A stretch of DNA of 64,000 nucleotides from contig JAQFVV010000008.1 in NCBI GenBank assembly GCA_028023455.1, positions 7,068,001-7,132,000 of the forward strand, in the 5' to 3' direction. The position numbers and the translations under genes were made by a program. Below are positions 23,464 through 37,330 of the stretch, piece by piece. The DNA is from Epiperipatus broadwayi (Eukaryota > Animalia > Onychophora). The notes under the pieces are model-generated. The model made no database searches. It was not told the DNA's origin and saw nothing but the letters and a program-made list of their open reading frames with translations. How positions within the stretch are numbered: the first letter of the stretch is position 1; the number at the start of each line of letters is the position of its first letter.

Positions 23464-26267
23464 CTGAAATTTATTTTTTTGTGCAAAAATCAGCATCAAG
23501 GTAATTTTTATTTATATAAAAAACATGCATTATTACATCTAACTTTTCTATATCTCAATATGAACAATAAAATGAACTAAAACAATGAGATTATTAAAAA
23601 TATTGACTCTTCTCTTATATAATATTAATTATATATAATATGTGCTAAATATTTAGGATATAAAATATGCTAAATAAATAATATATATATATTGATATAA
23701 TTATTTTTATCTTCCCTATATAGTTCTATTAATTTAAATATTAAATAATCATTTTATGTATTATATACATCTATTTATTTATAAATAATAAATACATATA
23801 TATATAGTATCAATATTTTTTTTGTAGACGTGTTATTTTAAATACAGAATTGCATTATTTTATTAAATTGTTTTATAAGTATTTTTACATTGTATTTTAC
23901 TGTCATCTTTTAAAAGTGTTTATGAGAAGATCATTTTATTATATGATTTTAATATAATTTTCTTATTAATTAACCAATATATTTTATTTATTTTTGCTTT
24001 TTCATTGTAATTATTTGTAAAATCAATTGTTTTTATTTTGTAATTATAATATTTATAATCTATATTATATTTGTGAATGTTGATTTTTTTTTTTAGTCAT
24101 TTAAATGTTGTTGTAAATTAATCTTGTGTTTTCAACATAGTTATTAAGTATTTAATTGTTATGACATTTTTCACCTTTTTTTTTCCATATACTCCTACCA
24201 TGTTTTTCCATATCTTTATTTATGTTTATATTTTATAATAAACTACTTATATGATGTGAATTTTTCTTATTAGAAATTTTAAAAATGTAATTATTTTGTA
24301 TTTTTATAAAAATATATTTATTAAATTTAAGCTTCATTAATTTTAAGAATTTAATGCTTAAATTGTTAAAATATGTATTGATATTTAATTTAGAAATTTA
24401 ACTTACATATTAAAAGAAAACATAGTTGAGAGTATAGTAACAAATATCTTTGCTATATAATTTTGTAAATATATATATGTATGTGTTGTTAATGTATACA
24501 ATCGTATAAATTTTATAAAATAATAAATTCAGTATGCATAATTAATTAAATAAAATAAAAATAAAAGAGGATGATTAAAAAAAGGTATAGTCATAAAATC
24601 AAGGCATGCTAAAACAAATAACAATTAAATAAAAAATATTAACTGTTTATGAAGCCAGTGAATATTTATAAGCGATATAGCCTAGTACGGTTAGTAATAA
24701 TAATAAGCTTTATATCCCATTAAAGATACTTAAACTTTTTAAAAGTGGCATGATATAATGTAAGTGATAATGGTGTTAATTTATCATATAACAATATTAA
24801 GATTATATTTTTGACCATGTGGCTGAAATAAGATGTGATAACTATAAGAAATATACTAAGGTTTACTTACATAAGTTATTGTGAGATTTATTTCAATTTT
24901 GAAATAGATTTTAATATAATGTTTAACAGTCTTATTGACATTATTTCTATGATTACAGGCAAAGTTTTGATTCAATTAAACTTAATTTGGCATTCATTGA
25001 CAAAATGATTTCTTCAATGGTTAATAAATGATGGCAGTTTAAATTATAGAATGAATTTGAATACAATAAATCATGATTAATTAAAATAGTCTTATATTAG
25101 AGAACTGTTTAGAACTAAGATTAAATCATCTCTCTTATCTATTTCCAAATATAATTTTAGCTAACCTTCCAATTATTTATAATGTGAAATATTCTATAAT
25201 CTTATACATGTTGATATGTGAATGGTGATAGGCAATATTTACAATAATAGAAAGCTATGAAAATCTAAACTAATTAATTTTGATTTTTAGTTTGAATATA
25301 ATATATTTATATGTTATTTAAAATGCTAGTTTTAATTAAACAGTGATAGATCATAATAAATAGAGTGTAATATAATAACTTTATATTTTTTACAAATGAA
25401 TGTTGTTCTAATTTTTGAAAATAAAAAATATAAAAAGACAAAAAGGTAAATTTTGAAATGACTCTAACATGAAAATATCTAATTATACTTCATGATAGCT
25501 TTTTACTCTGTTTTTCGATATCTTGAGGTCCTGCTTTTTAACTTCTTTTGCACTCATTTAGATATAATCTTTACAACATAAATGAGTTCCTTTCGATTTC
25601 ACCAATAAATACTTATTATAATGTCTATTTATTTTACATGGTTAATCCAAATCATATAATTATATCAATATTCTCAAACCAATTTCATGATTATTTTTAA
25701 ATTATTTTTCTAATAAATAGATCTACCATTTTTATAGGTTGCATTGACATTTTATTTAAATATTTAATTCAAGTATAAAATGCAATCTTATTAGCTTATT
25801 TTTAATATTTACTTTATCAAGATTTAAACATGTAGTATGATGTGAATCTTTGCATATCATACATCATAATTCTGGATCATTTTCTAATTATTAACTCTTT
25901 ATAATTAAAACATAGTTTATTATGTTGTAAATACAAAAAAAAACCAATAAATACTTTAAAACTATTAGCTAATGGGGATAAATATAAAATAAAAAATATT
26001 ATAACCAACACGTATTTGAAACAATAACAATACTGAAATTGATTGTCAGCTGATTTGCAAAAGAATTAAGACTTAAACTAGAGAACTATAAACATCATGT
26101 TTGATGAGTCACAACTATTTTTTCCCATTATTGTTATTGTTATTTGAACAAAATAATTATATACTGCTTTTATTACAAATCAAATCAAATATATTTAAAA
26201 GTAATATTAATAATTTATTGTAATCTCAGAAAGAGGGTTTCGTATAAGTTGTATATATATTTTTAAA

Positions 26268-26739
26268 ATTAGTAAAAATCAGTCATATATCACATGACCT
26301 ATATAGATTGTATTACCAATATGTAATATATAAAGAGCCTGCTAATAGCTCTGAACAAGCTTAATTTTTTTTTTATGATAAATGCTACAAGAGAAAATAC
26401 ATGAAGCCTTTATCTATGATGGTCCCCATCCCCAGACCAATTTCAAGCTATGGCTCTCATTAGTGAGGAGCTAGGACATTAGATTCAAAATATTAACTCA
26501 AGCCAAGCATTTATCTAATTCTTAAATATTAAGAAAAAGATCCAAATCTTCAGACACCTACATGTCTTCAAACTCAGCTCTTTAACTAAAGAAACTATAT
26601 GAGCCTGAACTAAATTCAGAGATCCCATATATTAGTAGGCTTAGCAATCTAATATAGCCAAAGCCCTAATAGCAAAATTATTATATTAGTAAAAATCAGT
26701 CATATATCACATGACCTATATAGCTTGTATTACCAATAT
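26268..26739 (-). mobile_element. Family G: 417-nt monomer with 55-bp terminal direct repeat and A-like hammerhead
   Basis: Direct repeats at 26268-26322 and 26685-26739. Minus strand 26470-26428 reads CTCCTCA CTAATGA GAGC-CATA-GCTT GAAA TTGG TC TGGGGAT. Confidence 0.7.
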
Positions 26740-27599
26740 TTTTAAGTAAATTTAGTGGAGAGTTTATTAGCATTTAATAAAATAAGATATAGTAGCTATT
26801 AAGAAAAATATATTTTCCAACATACTATAAACAAGCAATAGAAATAAAACTATTACTCCCAAGCTTGAATGCAACTTTATTTTCTTTTATTTAAGAATAG
26901 CAAAATATCCATTTACCAATCAATGTTGAATGGTTAGCTAGGTTAACCATAGATCAATTAATAGAATAAAAGTTTTAATGCTGATTGGAATCTAAAAATA
27001 TTTTCTAGTTTTAATCTGGGAAATGGAATCGGTTTACAAGTGATCCATCACTATATTATGAAATGCTCTAATTCACATTTAAAAACTTTCATATTTTTTT
27101 TAATTGTATGTAATAAATAAATCATAGCAACATTTAAGTTTTAAACACTAATGCTACAAAAAAATAGTCATTTATTTGAAATTGTAATATATACATTTAT
27201 AAAATGAAGTTTGAAAAGTATAAAAGTATAGAAACACTTTCAATTATTGATCCATAATCATTATTATCTGCATACAAACATAAAAAGGAATGTGGCCATT
27301 TTATGTATAGTTAATAATGATTATGTGGCAATAGTTGAAAACATTTTTACATTTAATTTATTATTTAATATAATGTTATCAAAGATTTATTTATTTATCA
27401 TATTTATTAGCTGCATTTATGTATATAATATAGTTGATCTGCTCCTGTATAAAATAAAACATTCTTATACAATATAGAAAAATATCCAGCCAAACTTAAT
27501 TAGTTTGTTCTGCTATGTGATTAATGCTATGTTCCTACATATACCATAGTGTAATCATAGTACATAGATTTATAACATTAGCTTACAAATAATAGCAGT

Positions 27600-28700
27600 C
27601 ACTTTGAATAAATTTATTTTTTAAGTTATCGGAATATGCTAAAATTATGATGGACAGTACTGATGTATACTTAATTAAAGTTTAATTACAAAGTGATATA
27701 AATTAATTACATCCGGTTGGATGTTTGTTTTTTATTTTGTATAAATGTTACATTATATATGTATACATAGCTAGAACAATTTCAATTAAGAAAATTAATA
27801 TCAGATTATAATTAAGAATAACTTAAACCCATCTTGTGTAACTAGCTATTTACTAGACACATTTCAATTATCCAAAGAGAGTTACAGTAATAAACAAAAA
27901 AATCATTATGGATTTTAATTATAGTGGTTCAAGCATTTGTTCTATGTAGCACTGAATTACTATTAATAGATGATATATGCATACCAATGGTGATAATAAT
28001 ACATGTACAGTATAATGAAATGAAAATTTTAATAGAACAGTCCTCCCCAAACAGATTGTCACTTTCAATTACGTTGCTTACTAATATTTAAAAATAACAT
28101 ATTTTAATGTTTTATTAATTACATATCGTATATCTAATAAAATCAAATATTTAAATAATTATTACATTACCTTAATTCATTTTATTTATTTTTCAATTAA
28201 AGAATTTGTTCTGATAATTAAAAAGTTCATTATTATTTTTTTTTTTTCCCCCTTGTTTTTTCTTTTTAGAATTTTAAAATTCATTTTGCAATTGAATAAA
28301 AATTTATATTTAAAAATACTTCGGAATTAATATTCAAACTTAGGTGTTACCAAATCATTTGTAGTGTATATCGATCTTTATTTTTTATAAAACAATTATT
28401 ATCACATACACATGCACAAAATTCAACAGTTATACTTATTTTATTAAAAATATTTTTCATTACGGCTACCAAATAATTCATTTTTTTAATTATAATATTG
28501 CCTATTTATTATAATAATATATTTGATTCAATATAATAAAAAACAAAAACAGGCAAAACCCTCTATACGTATTGTGATCATGTGATGTTTATCATAAAAA
28601 ATATTAATTTAATACGTTATTTCATTCTACTGTCGCATCTAGGCGCATAGTCTTACGTAATGAGTATGCGCTTTACAAATTATTAATTACAACTTTTAAT
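27600..28700. promoter_or_regulatory. CpG-retaining island, possible promoter
   Basis: A dozen or so CpGs in AT-rich sequence, densest at 28560-28675, including GCGCATA..TTACGTAA..TATGCGC. Confidence 0.4.
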
Positions 28701-29570
28701 TATCATAAATATTTTGTAATTAAATAGATTCCCTCTCTTATTTTCAGTAAGAAATTAATCCAAAAACCAAAGCTTAACACTTAGCCAGCTACTCTTACAA
28801 TTGCTGTAATTTAAATTGCTGAAAAGCTGAATTAAATTTTACATTGAACATTTAATTTTTGTCAAAGTATTTCAGGAATATTAGCATTTTACCTTCTTAC
28901 TGGGTCTACATGATCTATTGCAGTTGTAGAGTGATAGATTCTAGAATTCAAGATTCATGAAATATGGCCTCACTCTGTTCTTTCTTTGGCTCAATTTTTC
29001 ATGAGCTTATAATAATCTATTGGATTACTACTATTCTCCTAATGTATATATAAATTACAATTTTTTTTCAGAATATATTTTATATTCTTTCTTTTCTAAG
29101 CTATCTATTACTGGATTCATAAATAGTTAATTAGCTTTAAAATGGTACTTCAAGATCTTATTAAAACTTATTGTCTTATTATTCAAAGTTTCAAAACAAT
29201 ATGAATACCTTATTATTTGATAATATTTTTTTAAAAATAATAATGTGCGATTTAGTTTTTATTTATTTGCCTTTAGAAATATTATACAAAAACAAATTTA
29301 ACAATTGGCAATTTTTACAAGTTCTTTGATCATATAAACTATATATTAATCACCTGGGAAATACTCTGTTTTCATTCTACTAAATTCTTTTTGTTATATT
29401 ATTGTATTATGTAAATAAAATGTCACTCTTTATTATTGTAATAATTGTTATTTATAATTCTAATTTTATTATAGATAATAAATAGCCTTAGATATGCATA
29501 TATCTTTTATTTTTGGTAAAATTTATTTACTGAGTTTGCTTTCAGCTCTTCAGATAAGTATAAGTAATTT

Positions 29571-29675
29571 TTTTTTTTTTTTTAAAGTGTCATAGCATCG
29601 GCCGGGACGCGAACCCGGGCAACTGCCTGCAAATGCAAGGCAGTCACGCTGACCTCTCGACCACCAATGCAAGAC
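29571..29675 (-). mobile_element. Young tRNA-Gly-like SINE with poly(A) and 15-bp TSD
   Basis: Minus strand reads GTCTTGCATTGGTGGTCGAGAGG...CCCGGGTTCGCGTCCCGGCCGATGCTATGACAC-A(n). TSD AAGTATAAGTAATTT at 29556-29570 and 29676-29690. Confidence 0.9.
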
Positions 29676-31472
29676 AAGTATAAGTAATTTAAGACAGTGA
29701 AATAATGAAATGATCATTTTAAAACCCAATAATATTCCAATAATAAATACATATATATATAATCTTAAAGCAATTTATAATATAACCAATTTAATTTGCC
29801 ATTTAGAAGAAAGAAAAAAAAGCTTAGCTAGTATAAAAGATTTAAATTTCATGTTGTAAATTTAACAATAATATAAACCAAATATCACCACAATTGTAAT
29901 TATAGTTATGTTATTAAACATCATTATTAAATAAATCAAAATTTTAAATGTGTGCACAATCATATATTGTGTGTGAACTCTGGAGGAAAAAATACAGTTC
30001 ACTAACTAAATTTTAAAAAAATATTTGGAATAAAAATTTTAAAGTAAATATTATTGGTGTAATTCAGCTAATTTATTAATAACCTTCAATTCAAATGTTA
30101 AATTCTAATTCAAGTTTCAGTTAAATAACTATTGTTCTATTGAAAAGAAGTTTCAAAATAATAAATCTGTCATCAATTCTCTGATTGCTTTAAGAATCAA
30201 AGATATTACTTACATAATTATAAACTTCAATATTTATGTTTTTCTATTGTATTAAATAATTAGTTTAATGATATTTTTCAAGAATAATGATTATTATCAT
30301 GTAAAATATTAACCATAATGAAGTGCTATTCCAAGTGACGTAGTTAAAATCATAATTTTATGATAATCATTTTAAATAGATAAGATGAATAATGTGCACT
30401 TAAAGAAAATATGGAAATATTTAAAATTAAATGGATCTTTTACAGTAACACTGAAGGAAATATTTTCAAAATTAAATAAAAACAACTTTCGAATGTAAAG
30501 ATGGATAGAATAAAACTTGAACATTTGTCATATCAGTCATTAAAAATAAAATACTATCAAACTAATTTAAATATTTAATGAAAACATTTTACAAATGACT
30601 TTTGTTCAATACAATTCCTGGATATATTATTGTCAAACAGATCAAATATAGTAATTCATCAAATCACTGGAAAATATATCCATAAAATATTGACATATAA
30701 GTCAACTGACTTTCTTTAAGTTATTCCTATTTAAATATAGAATATTTTAAATTACAAAAACTTAACATGAAAAAAAAACTCAATACAAAGATTTGATTTT
30801 AATAATAATATTTTGATATTAGTACATAAAGTCCATCAAAGTTGACAAGTTAATTAAAGATTGTTTATTTTTGTTGCTTAAATTATTTTCTTGTTGTTTA
30901 TATAATAATTATATTTATTATGACAATCATAAAATTAGATAAAATACTAACACAAATTTAAAACTGTAGTAGTACAAAAATATGCAGAAATTAACAGTAA
31001 ATGTTTCCACGTTTTTGGAATTAAGTAACTCAGTATAAAACAAAATGTATATATATATATGTCCCCAAACCTATATGTGTATGACACAAATTTATAATAT
31101 TGAATAGTTTCCATTTGCTTGTTATTTTGTGATTTGGAACATTTTAACTCCATAAGAAAAATAAACTAAAAAAAGAGAGCTGTAAGCAATTTTGAAATTA
31201 TTCATGGCTGAAACTCAAACAATTAGAAAATAAAATCCCAAGTTGAAATTCTATCATACCTAACTGTGAATATATTACAAACAAGCAGATTAGCTTCTAA
31301 ACTGTGGAAAATATATTTTTTAAATAACAGGTGGTTGGTAATAAAGAAAATTTTAGCAGAGAATTTCAAAGAAGGTATTTAATCAAATTTTAGATTTCTA
31401 AGAGAATTCAATATTTGTTTTAATTAGATAAACCTGAATTTAGTCAGTTTGGTCATCTGACATTTACTGCAG

Positions 31473-31582
31473 ATAGTGAAGTTACCCAAATATAAAGATG
31501 TCACTAATATTCATTGGCTGGATACATCAATAAACTTTAAGGGTATCAATAGGAAGAAAACTTTACCTTTCAGCCTACAAAA
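31473..31582 (+). CDS. Candidate internal exon
   Basis: Acceptor TTTACTGCAG|, donor AAA|GTAAGG, open frame IVKLPKYKDVTNIHWLDTSINFKGINRKKTLPFSLQ. No homology recognised. Confidence 0.3.
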
Positions 31583-31713
31583 GTAAGGAAGCAAAACTAT
31601 TATTGTGGAAGGGTACTTTTCAGTATTTTCTACTTTGCAATAATAATCAATCACTTTTATGCCTACAATTTCTTCAAGATGATAATGGCCATCAAATATG
31701 CATGTGTACTCAC

Positions 31714-31731
31714 TTCCCGGCCATGACTTGC
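31714..31731 (-). CDS. Candidate 18-nt microexon
   Basis: ATATTTTTCTTAG|GCAAGTCATGGCCGGGAA|GTGAGT; phase 1-1, reads (G)KSWPG. Confidence 0.3.
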
Positions 31732-32270
31732 CTAAGAAAAATATATAATTTGTCATAAATTTGGTGAGGAGTCTTAAATTTTCGACTATTGCCTGCTATA
31801 TCAAACAATGTGTTAATTTTGATTAGAATTAAGCTATTTTGATGCCCTGATATCTGCCACCAATCAATATGAAAAAATACTAATAAGTTATTGAAACTAA
31901 TCATGGATAAATTTTGCATGAATTTAGAGAAAATTATACTAAGAAAGTGAATCCTATTATACATTAATAAAGGTTATCCATTTGAAGAAAAGAAGTAGAT
32001 CTGCAAAAGTGTTTGGAAAAACTTTAAGATATATATAAAAGATATTTATTAATCATATGTTTTGGATGTCTCAATAATTATTATTGGTAAGAAATTTAAT
32101 TATTTACTTTGGAAAGCCTAGATTTAAAATCTAAACAATTTGTAAATGTTTTAGAGTTTAAATATTCTTTTTTTTTTTAATAGATATAATGACTTTTGTA
32201 AAAAGATTTTGTACATGAAGATAAGAATTCAATAAATTTTCTCTTAGCTCTAATATTTTTTTTTTTATAC

Positions 32271-33079
32271 TAACATATAAATTGATAATAAATTGAAAGT
32301 ATGCTAGCCTTTCACATGCGCAATTATAACTGAGACAGCCAATCAGATTTTAAACAGTTATCTAATAAACAATCAAGCTAAGACCCGAGACAGAGATTTT
32401 GATAGAAAAGATTGATACCACCTTTTCTAAACTTAACTTTTATATATATAACACAATGAATGATAATTGTATATGTTTATATATTTAAAACTTTCATGCT
32501 AAGATGCTTAAGACTGGCTTATATATATAAAAGTTAAGTTTAGAAAAGGTGGTATCAACCTTTTCTCTCAAAATCTCTGTCTCATGTCTTAGCTTGATTG
32601 TTTATTAGATAGCTGTTTAAAATCTGATTGGCTGTCTCAGTTATAATTGCGCATGTGAGAGGCTAGCATACTTTCAATTTATTATCAATTTTAACAACAT
32701 ACGATTTAGATAAATATTGTTTACATACGTTGCTGCTATGAAAATTGCGGTATAGTAAATCTGAGATTTCGTGCCATAATATATTATATTAATAACACAA
32801 TGAATGATAATTGTATATGTTTATATATTTAAAGCTTTCGTGCTAAGATGCTTAAGACTGGCTTATATATATAAAAGTTAAGTTTAGAAAAGGTGGTATC
32901 AACCTTTTCTATCAAAATCTCTGTCTTGTGTCTTAGCTTGATTGTTTATTAGATAGCTGTTTAAAATCTGATTGGCTGTCTCAGTTATAATTGCGCATGT
33001 GAAAGGCTAGCATACTTTCAATTTATTATCAATTTTAACAACATGCGATTTAGATAAATATTGTTTAACATATAAATTG
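32271..33079 (+). mobile_element. Family F: young inverted-plus-tandem repeat, ~345-nt monomer
   Basis: 32280-32449 is the reverse complement of 32520-32690. Tandem units start at ~32450 and ~32795, with a ~30-nt tail at 33036-33065. Flanking duplication TAACATATAAATTG at 32271 and 33066. Confidence 0.9.
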
Positions 33080-34079
33080 TAAAGTATATAAATCTGAAAC
33101 ATTTTTTATTTATTGTTAAGTCTGTAATGAATGAATAGTAATTCCACAGATGCTGTTTGATAATGATATGAATAAAATTAAAATTTAACTAAAGGGTAAA
33201 TATATATTTGAAAAATGTATATATTCAAACAATATAATCTACACATATATAATTCTTTGAGTAATATATATATATATATTGTTAATGTGTTAATCCAGTC
33301 TATTCTAATTTATTCTTATTCTTGAAAGAGGTTAATTAAGTAAGAGTAGTTATATATGTGATCATCATTATTGATTTTTATTCTTTACTGTAGATAAAAC
33401 TTAGAAGTAATAACAGGAGAGAATTAATAAACAGAAAGATCAGAATCAAATTCACAAGATAAATCTTCATTCTGAAGCTAATAGCAATACCATGATTATT
33501 ATCAGTGATAGGTATGAATAAAAAGTTATCTTTAGGAGATTATATTTCTTACCAACTATTCAGAGTTATATGAAACATCTAGAAATATAATGAAGCAGAA
33601 ATTATGTTTTAATAATCATAAAAATATCCACATAATTTATGGTTTGATTATCATCAATGGCTTCAAAGTTAATAATCTGAGATATATTTTATTATGATCA
33701 AATATTTTAAATATAAAGCAAATGTTAATATTGCATGTTCCATTTTCTGAAAATAGAGAGCTATAAATGTGATAACTCTTCCAGATTCAGTTACATTTGG
33801 TGTCTCAACATGGTGGATCAATATATCCCTAGTAGTGATTTATCTTCATCTATAAGTCATACCAATGTGAAGTTGATCAAAATGAAGCATGTGGTGATTT
33901 TACTAAAAAACACTTAAATATAAGGAATGTTTACATATATATTGTACCATTGGCGAATGTGTGGTTTGAGAACACATATGCTCTGCATTACATGTGGAAT
34001 CATTCATTATGATCAAATTAAATTTAAAAAGAAATAATTTTAAGTCTTAATAAAAGATAAATATAAAATGTTTTAAATG

Positions 34080-34560
34080 CAAATTTGAAAAAGTAAAGTA
34101 TTGCATCATCTTGTTGAGAATAAAGAAAAGTTTTAATATTTAAAGAGCAAATAGAAAGGGGGGGGTTAGCTCTAAGTAAAAAGTTAAAACTAGCTCTCTC
34201 TTTTTATAATTTTTTTTTAAAGAAAGGGAAAATGTAAAAATGGAAATTGAACTAAAATATAATATGTAACTTGCAAGTCATTTAAAGATTACTTGGCTGA
34301 TAAAGAAAGAAAAGAAATAATAACTCTCATAGCATTCATTAAAGAAACAAAGGAAAGGACTACAGACATTATCTTGTCAAAACATTAGATTAATCTAAGC
34401 AAGAATTTAGATTAAAACATAATCCTAAATTAATTAAGGAAACATAAATTAATTAAATTAGATCAGAGAATGGTAACTGGAGAACAATGAAAAAGAAGCA
34501 TATAAAAGGACAGAGAGATTCATTCATAATATACAGGAGATAGAAGAACATATTATTATT
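34080..34560 (+). mobile_element. Highly degraded RTE-like 3' fragment
   Basis: Purine-rich segment with spacing like an RTE C-terminus around 34460-34550; no clean motif survives. Confidence 0.25.
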
Positions 34561-35787
34561 TTGTTATATCATTTATATTCTTTATTATTCAATATTGCTA
34601 CTGTATAAGAAATCTTCAAAGAAGAGAAGACAGTTAAGGCATTAGCATCTCCAGCATGCTGGTGTCCATACTTATATTCACTGAAGAGCAATTTAGCAGC
34701 CTGCAGTGCTAGACAGTAACTGAAGTATACGACTAGCCTTCAGTCTCAGTACTTAGTAACATCAGATGCTTTCCATCTAGAAGTCATGTCCGCCTCATGA
34801 TCTGAAAACTACAGAAAATCTCTCATTCATTGAAACATGGAAAATCAGCAAGAAGCCAAACCATTGTTTGGTGATCAGCAAGTCAGAAACAAACAACGAA
34901 TTGTATCAATGAAAAGTGCCATGTACTATCCACAAAAATCCTAAGTAAATATATTCTTTATTATCCCAATCTAAAGATATGAACATTTATTGAATGAAAG
35001 ACTCCAATGAACTTTGATATTACAGCCACAGTAATCTTTAATATCACTTTCCTAAAATTTTGTCATATTATTTCATGACTAGATGTGTGCGTATAGTAAC
35101 TCATTATAATAAGTTTTAATTACGAGTGTATATAAATTTTTAATATTGCTTCCATAAGTTAGCATCTTGTATTTTAAAGATGGGTGTGCTTATATTTAAA
35201 TCTTATTATAGTATATTTATGAATGTGTGTGAATAAATTATTAGTTTGCTTAATTATTGCCTGATCGATTCTCTCTCTTACAACTGCTTCACTAATAGAT
35301 TAAGTTACAGTTAATTATAAGTGTTGGGCAAGTATATTAAATAAAGTCCCCCCCCCCCACTATTGAGAAAAGGAGATAGCTTTGGGATATATCAAGTGCT
35401 AGATTGTATACCTGTTGTCTGAGCATGCTGATTATATAACTTATGATTAGCTGGCACCTGAAGTTAAGCCTCAAAACAAATAAAGTGCTTTGGATGGCAG
35501 TGGTTGAATCTAGCAGCCGAAGAGTTCTATAGCCTGGAAATGTGATTGTAGGTTATACTTTGGTTTTTTTTTGTATAGACTCGGTCTGGTTTCAGGTATC
35601 TTTAGCGTTTTATCTATCTGTGTTATTATACTCCTCTGCTTGAAGGGCTGGTCTGTTGCAGTGCAGCCGGAGTTAAGATCAAGATTTTAAATTAGATAAT
35701 CATAGTGATTTTCTCCCATTCAGTTCAATATCTTGAACTTAAAAAAATGATGACAATAAAAGTAAAATAAATGAATAAAATGTAGTT

Positions 35788-36353
35788 CAGTGATTCTCAA
35801 ATTATCATCCAGAGAGCACCAAGGTTCCATGAATCTGCTTCATATATTTTGCAAAAAAATTGTAGAAATAATAATATATAGGTCTAAGATATTGTAGTCA
35901 TGCATCTTTTGTTTGACTGGCTTTTATCAATATCTGTATAACTTGGTGCAACACACATATGCAAGTGGCAGTCTCATTCATTCATTTAATATTTCAGAAA
36001 TTTGTGAGAAACATCAAGCACCCATTTCACATTAAATTTATTCTTTAGTTTATTAAAAGTTTAATTTGTTGTCAATTATTTTTTAAATATAATGATAATA
36101 ATACAATAAAACTAATATGTGCTTGTAACTACAACAAGCAACTTATTTTATTTCCTTCCTTTTTATTTTCCTATACACAGTACTTTAATAGTTTAAATTT
36201 CCCATAAAATTGACAATTTGATGTTATTGATGAGTCATCTCTGTAAAATATTAAGTAATTATTTTGTAATTTTGAATTTTTGTAAGTTAGCATTATACAA
36301 GAAAATATTAAATGAAATGTGTTCCATGATTCCATGAAGATTGAGAACCACTG
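35788..36353. mobile_element. hAT/Charlie-type MITE
   Basis: TIRs CAGTGATTCTCAA and TTGAGAACCACTG. The 8-bp flanks ATGTAGTT and ATATACTG match at 5 of 8 positions. Confidence 0.6.
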
Positions 36354-36549
36354 ATATACTGCACTTACATATAAAAAATTGTTAGAATGGACAGTAATTA
36401 AGTAGGCTAACCAAAATAAAATTGCAGAAAGGCAGATTAATAAAAATAAAATTACAGTATGGTGGCTAATTAAAGTAAAATTAGAGTAAAACAGGCAGCA
36501 AATAATCTATTATATTGAAAAAAGCAGTGACTATCCAAAGTATACAAAG

Positions 36550-37330
36550 GGGATTACATGATGGAAATGATGAAAAATGCACTATTAAATGATAAAAAAG
36601 CAAGCAAAATTAAAATATGATATAATATTGTATGTGATTATTAGATCCAAAACAAAGGGGCAAGTTCAGAAAATGGAAACTGAAATGTAGGAGTGATGGA
36701 AGAAATAGAAATCTCAGAATTGATTATATCAATTTATAATAACATGCAAGGAATTCACAGCAAAAAAGACCAGAATTTTCAATGGCAAAAGATAATGAAC
36801 AAGTTACTGCGATGGTGATGAATATGATTCAAGAAATAAAATAAACAATATAGAAACAATTCAAAAAATAATAGAAATAAAACAAAATATAATTAAATGA
36901 ACAACATATTCAAACAAGTACAAAATAGTCAGAACCATTGAATATTATGTTAAACAAATGGATAACACATCCAAAAAAAGAGTTGTCCAAAAAGATCAAA
37001 TAAAAATATGTAAAATGAAAATAAATAAATAGAGAAATGATTAAATTTTATACAAAATGAAAGAAAAAAAGTAGAGATAAGATTAAATTTAAGTGAGAAA
37101 ATTAAGTAACTCAAGAGATAAAAGAAAACAAGAACAAAAAGCCAAAAATGAGCAACTTCAATTTATAGATTCAAAAAGTTGTCAAAAAGAAAAGATTAGA
37201 TACTAACAAGCTCAGAAAGGAATGATGGCTAGAATAAAAAGCATATGAGAATATATCTGCAGAAAAAGTGGGAAGATGCAGACCCAAACATTTATGCCAT
37301 CTGCTTAGCACTGCTGAAGAAGTTTTAAAA
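36550..37330 (+). mobile_element. Degraded LINE endonuclease/linker fragment
   Basis: LRIDYI (~36714; cf. APE SRIDY) followed by an A-rich, coding-like linker. Confidence 0.35.

Noticed and set aside
24672-24695. tRNA 5' half GCGATATAGCCTAGTACGGTTAG
   Set aside because: No B-box or 3' half follows, and it is too short to call.
29530-29556. CTGAAGA-GCT-GAAA-GC on the minus strand
   Set aside because: No UH site after stem III and no stem I complement.
29571-29675. Functional tRNA gene (also 39584-39693)
   Set aside because: The anticodon arm is non-canonical, and the A-tails and long TSDs indicate retroposition.
33394-33511. Plus-strand coding exon between a strong acceptor and a GTATGA donor
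   Set aside because: All three frames from the strong acceptor contain stops. It could be a UTR exon, but I cannot support that.
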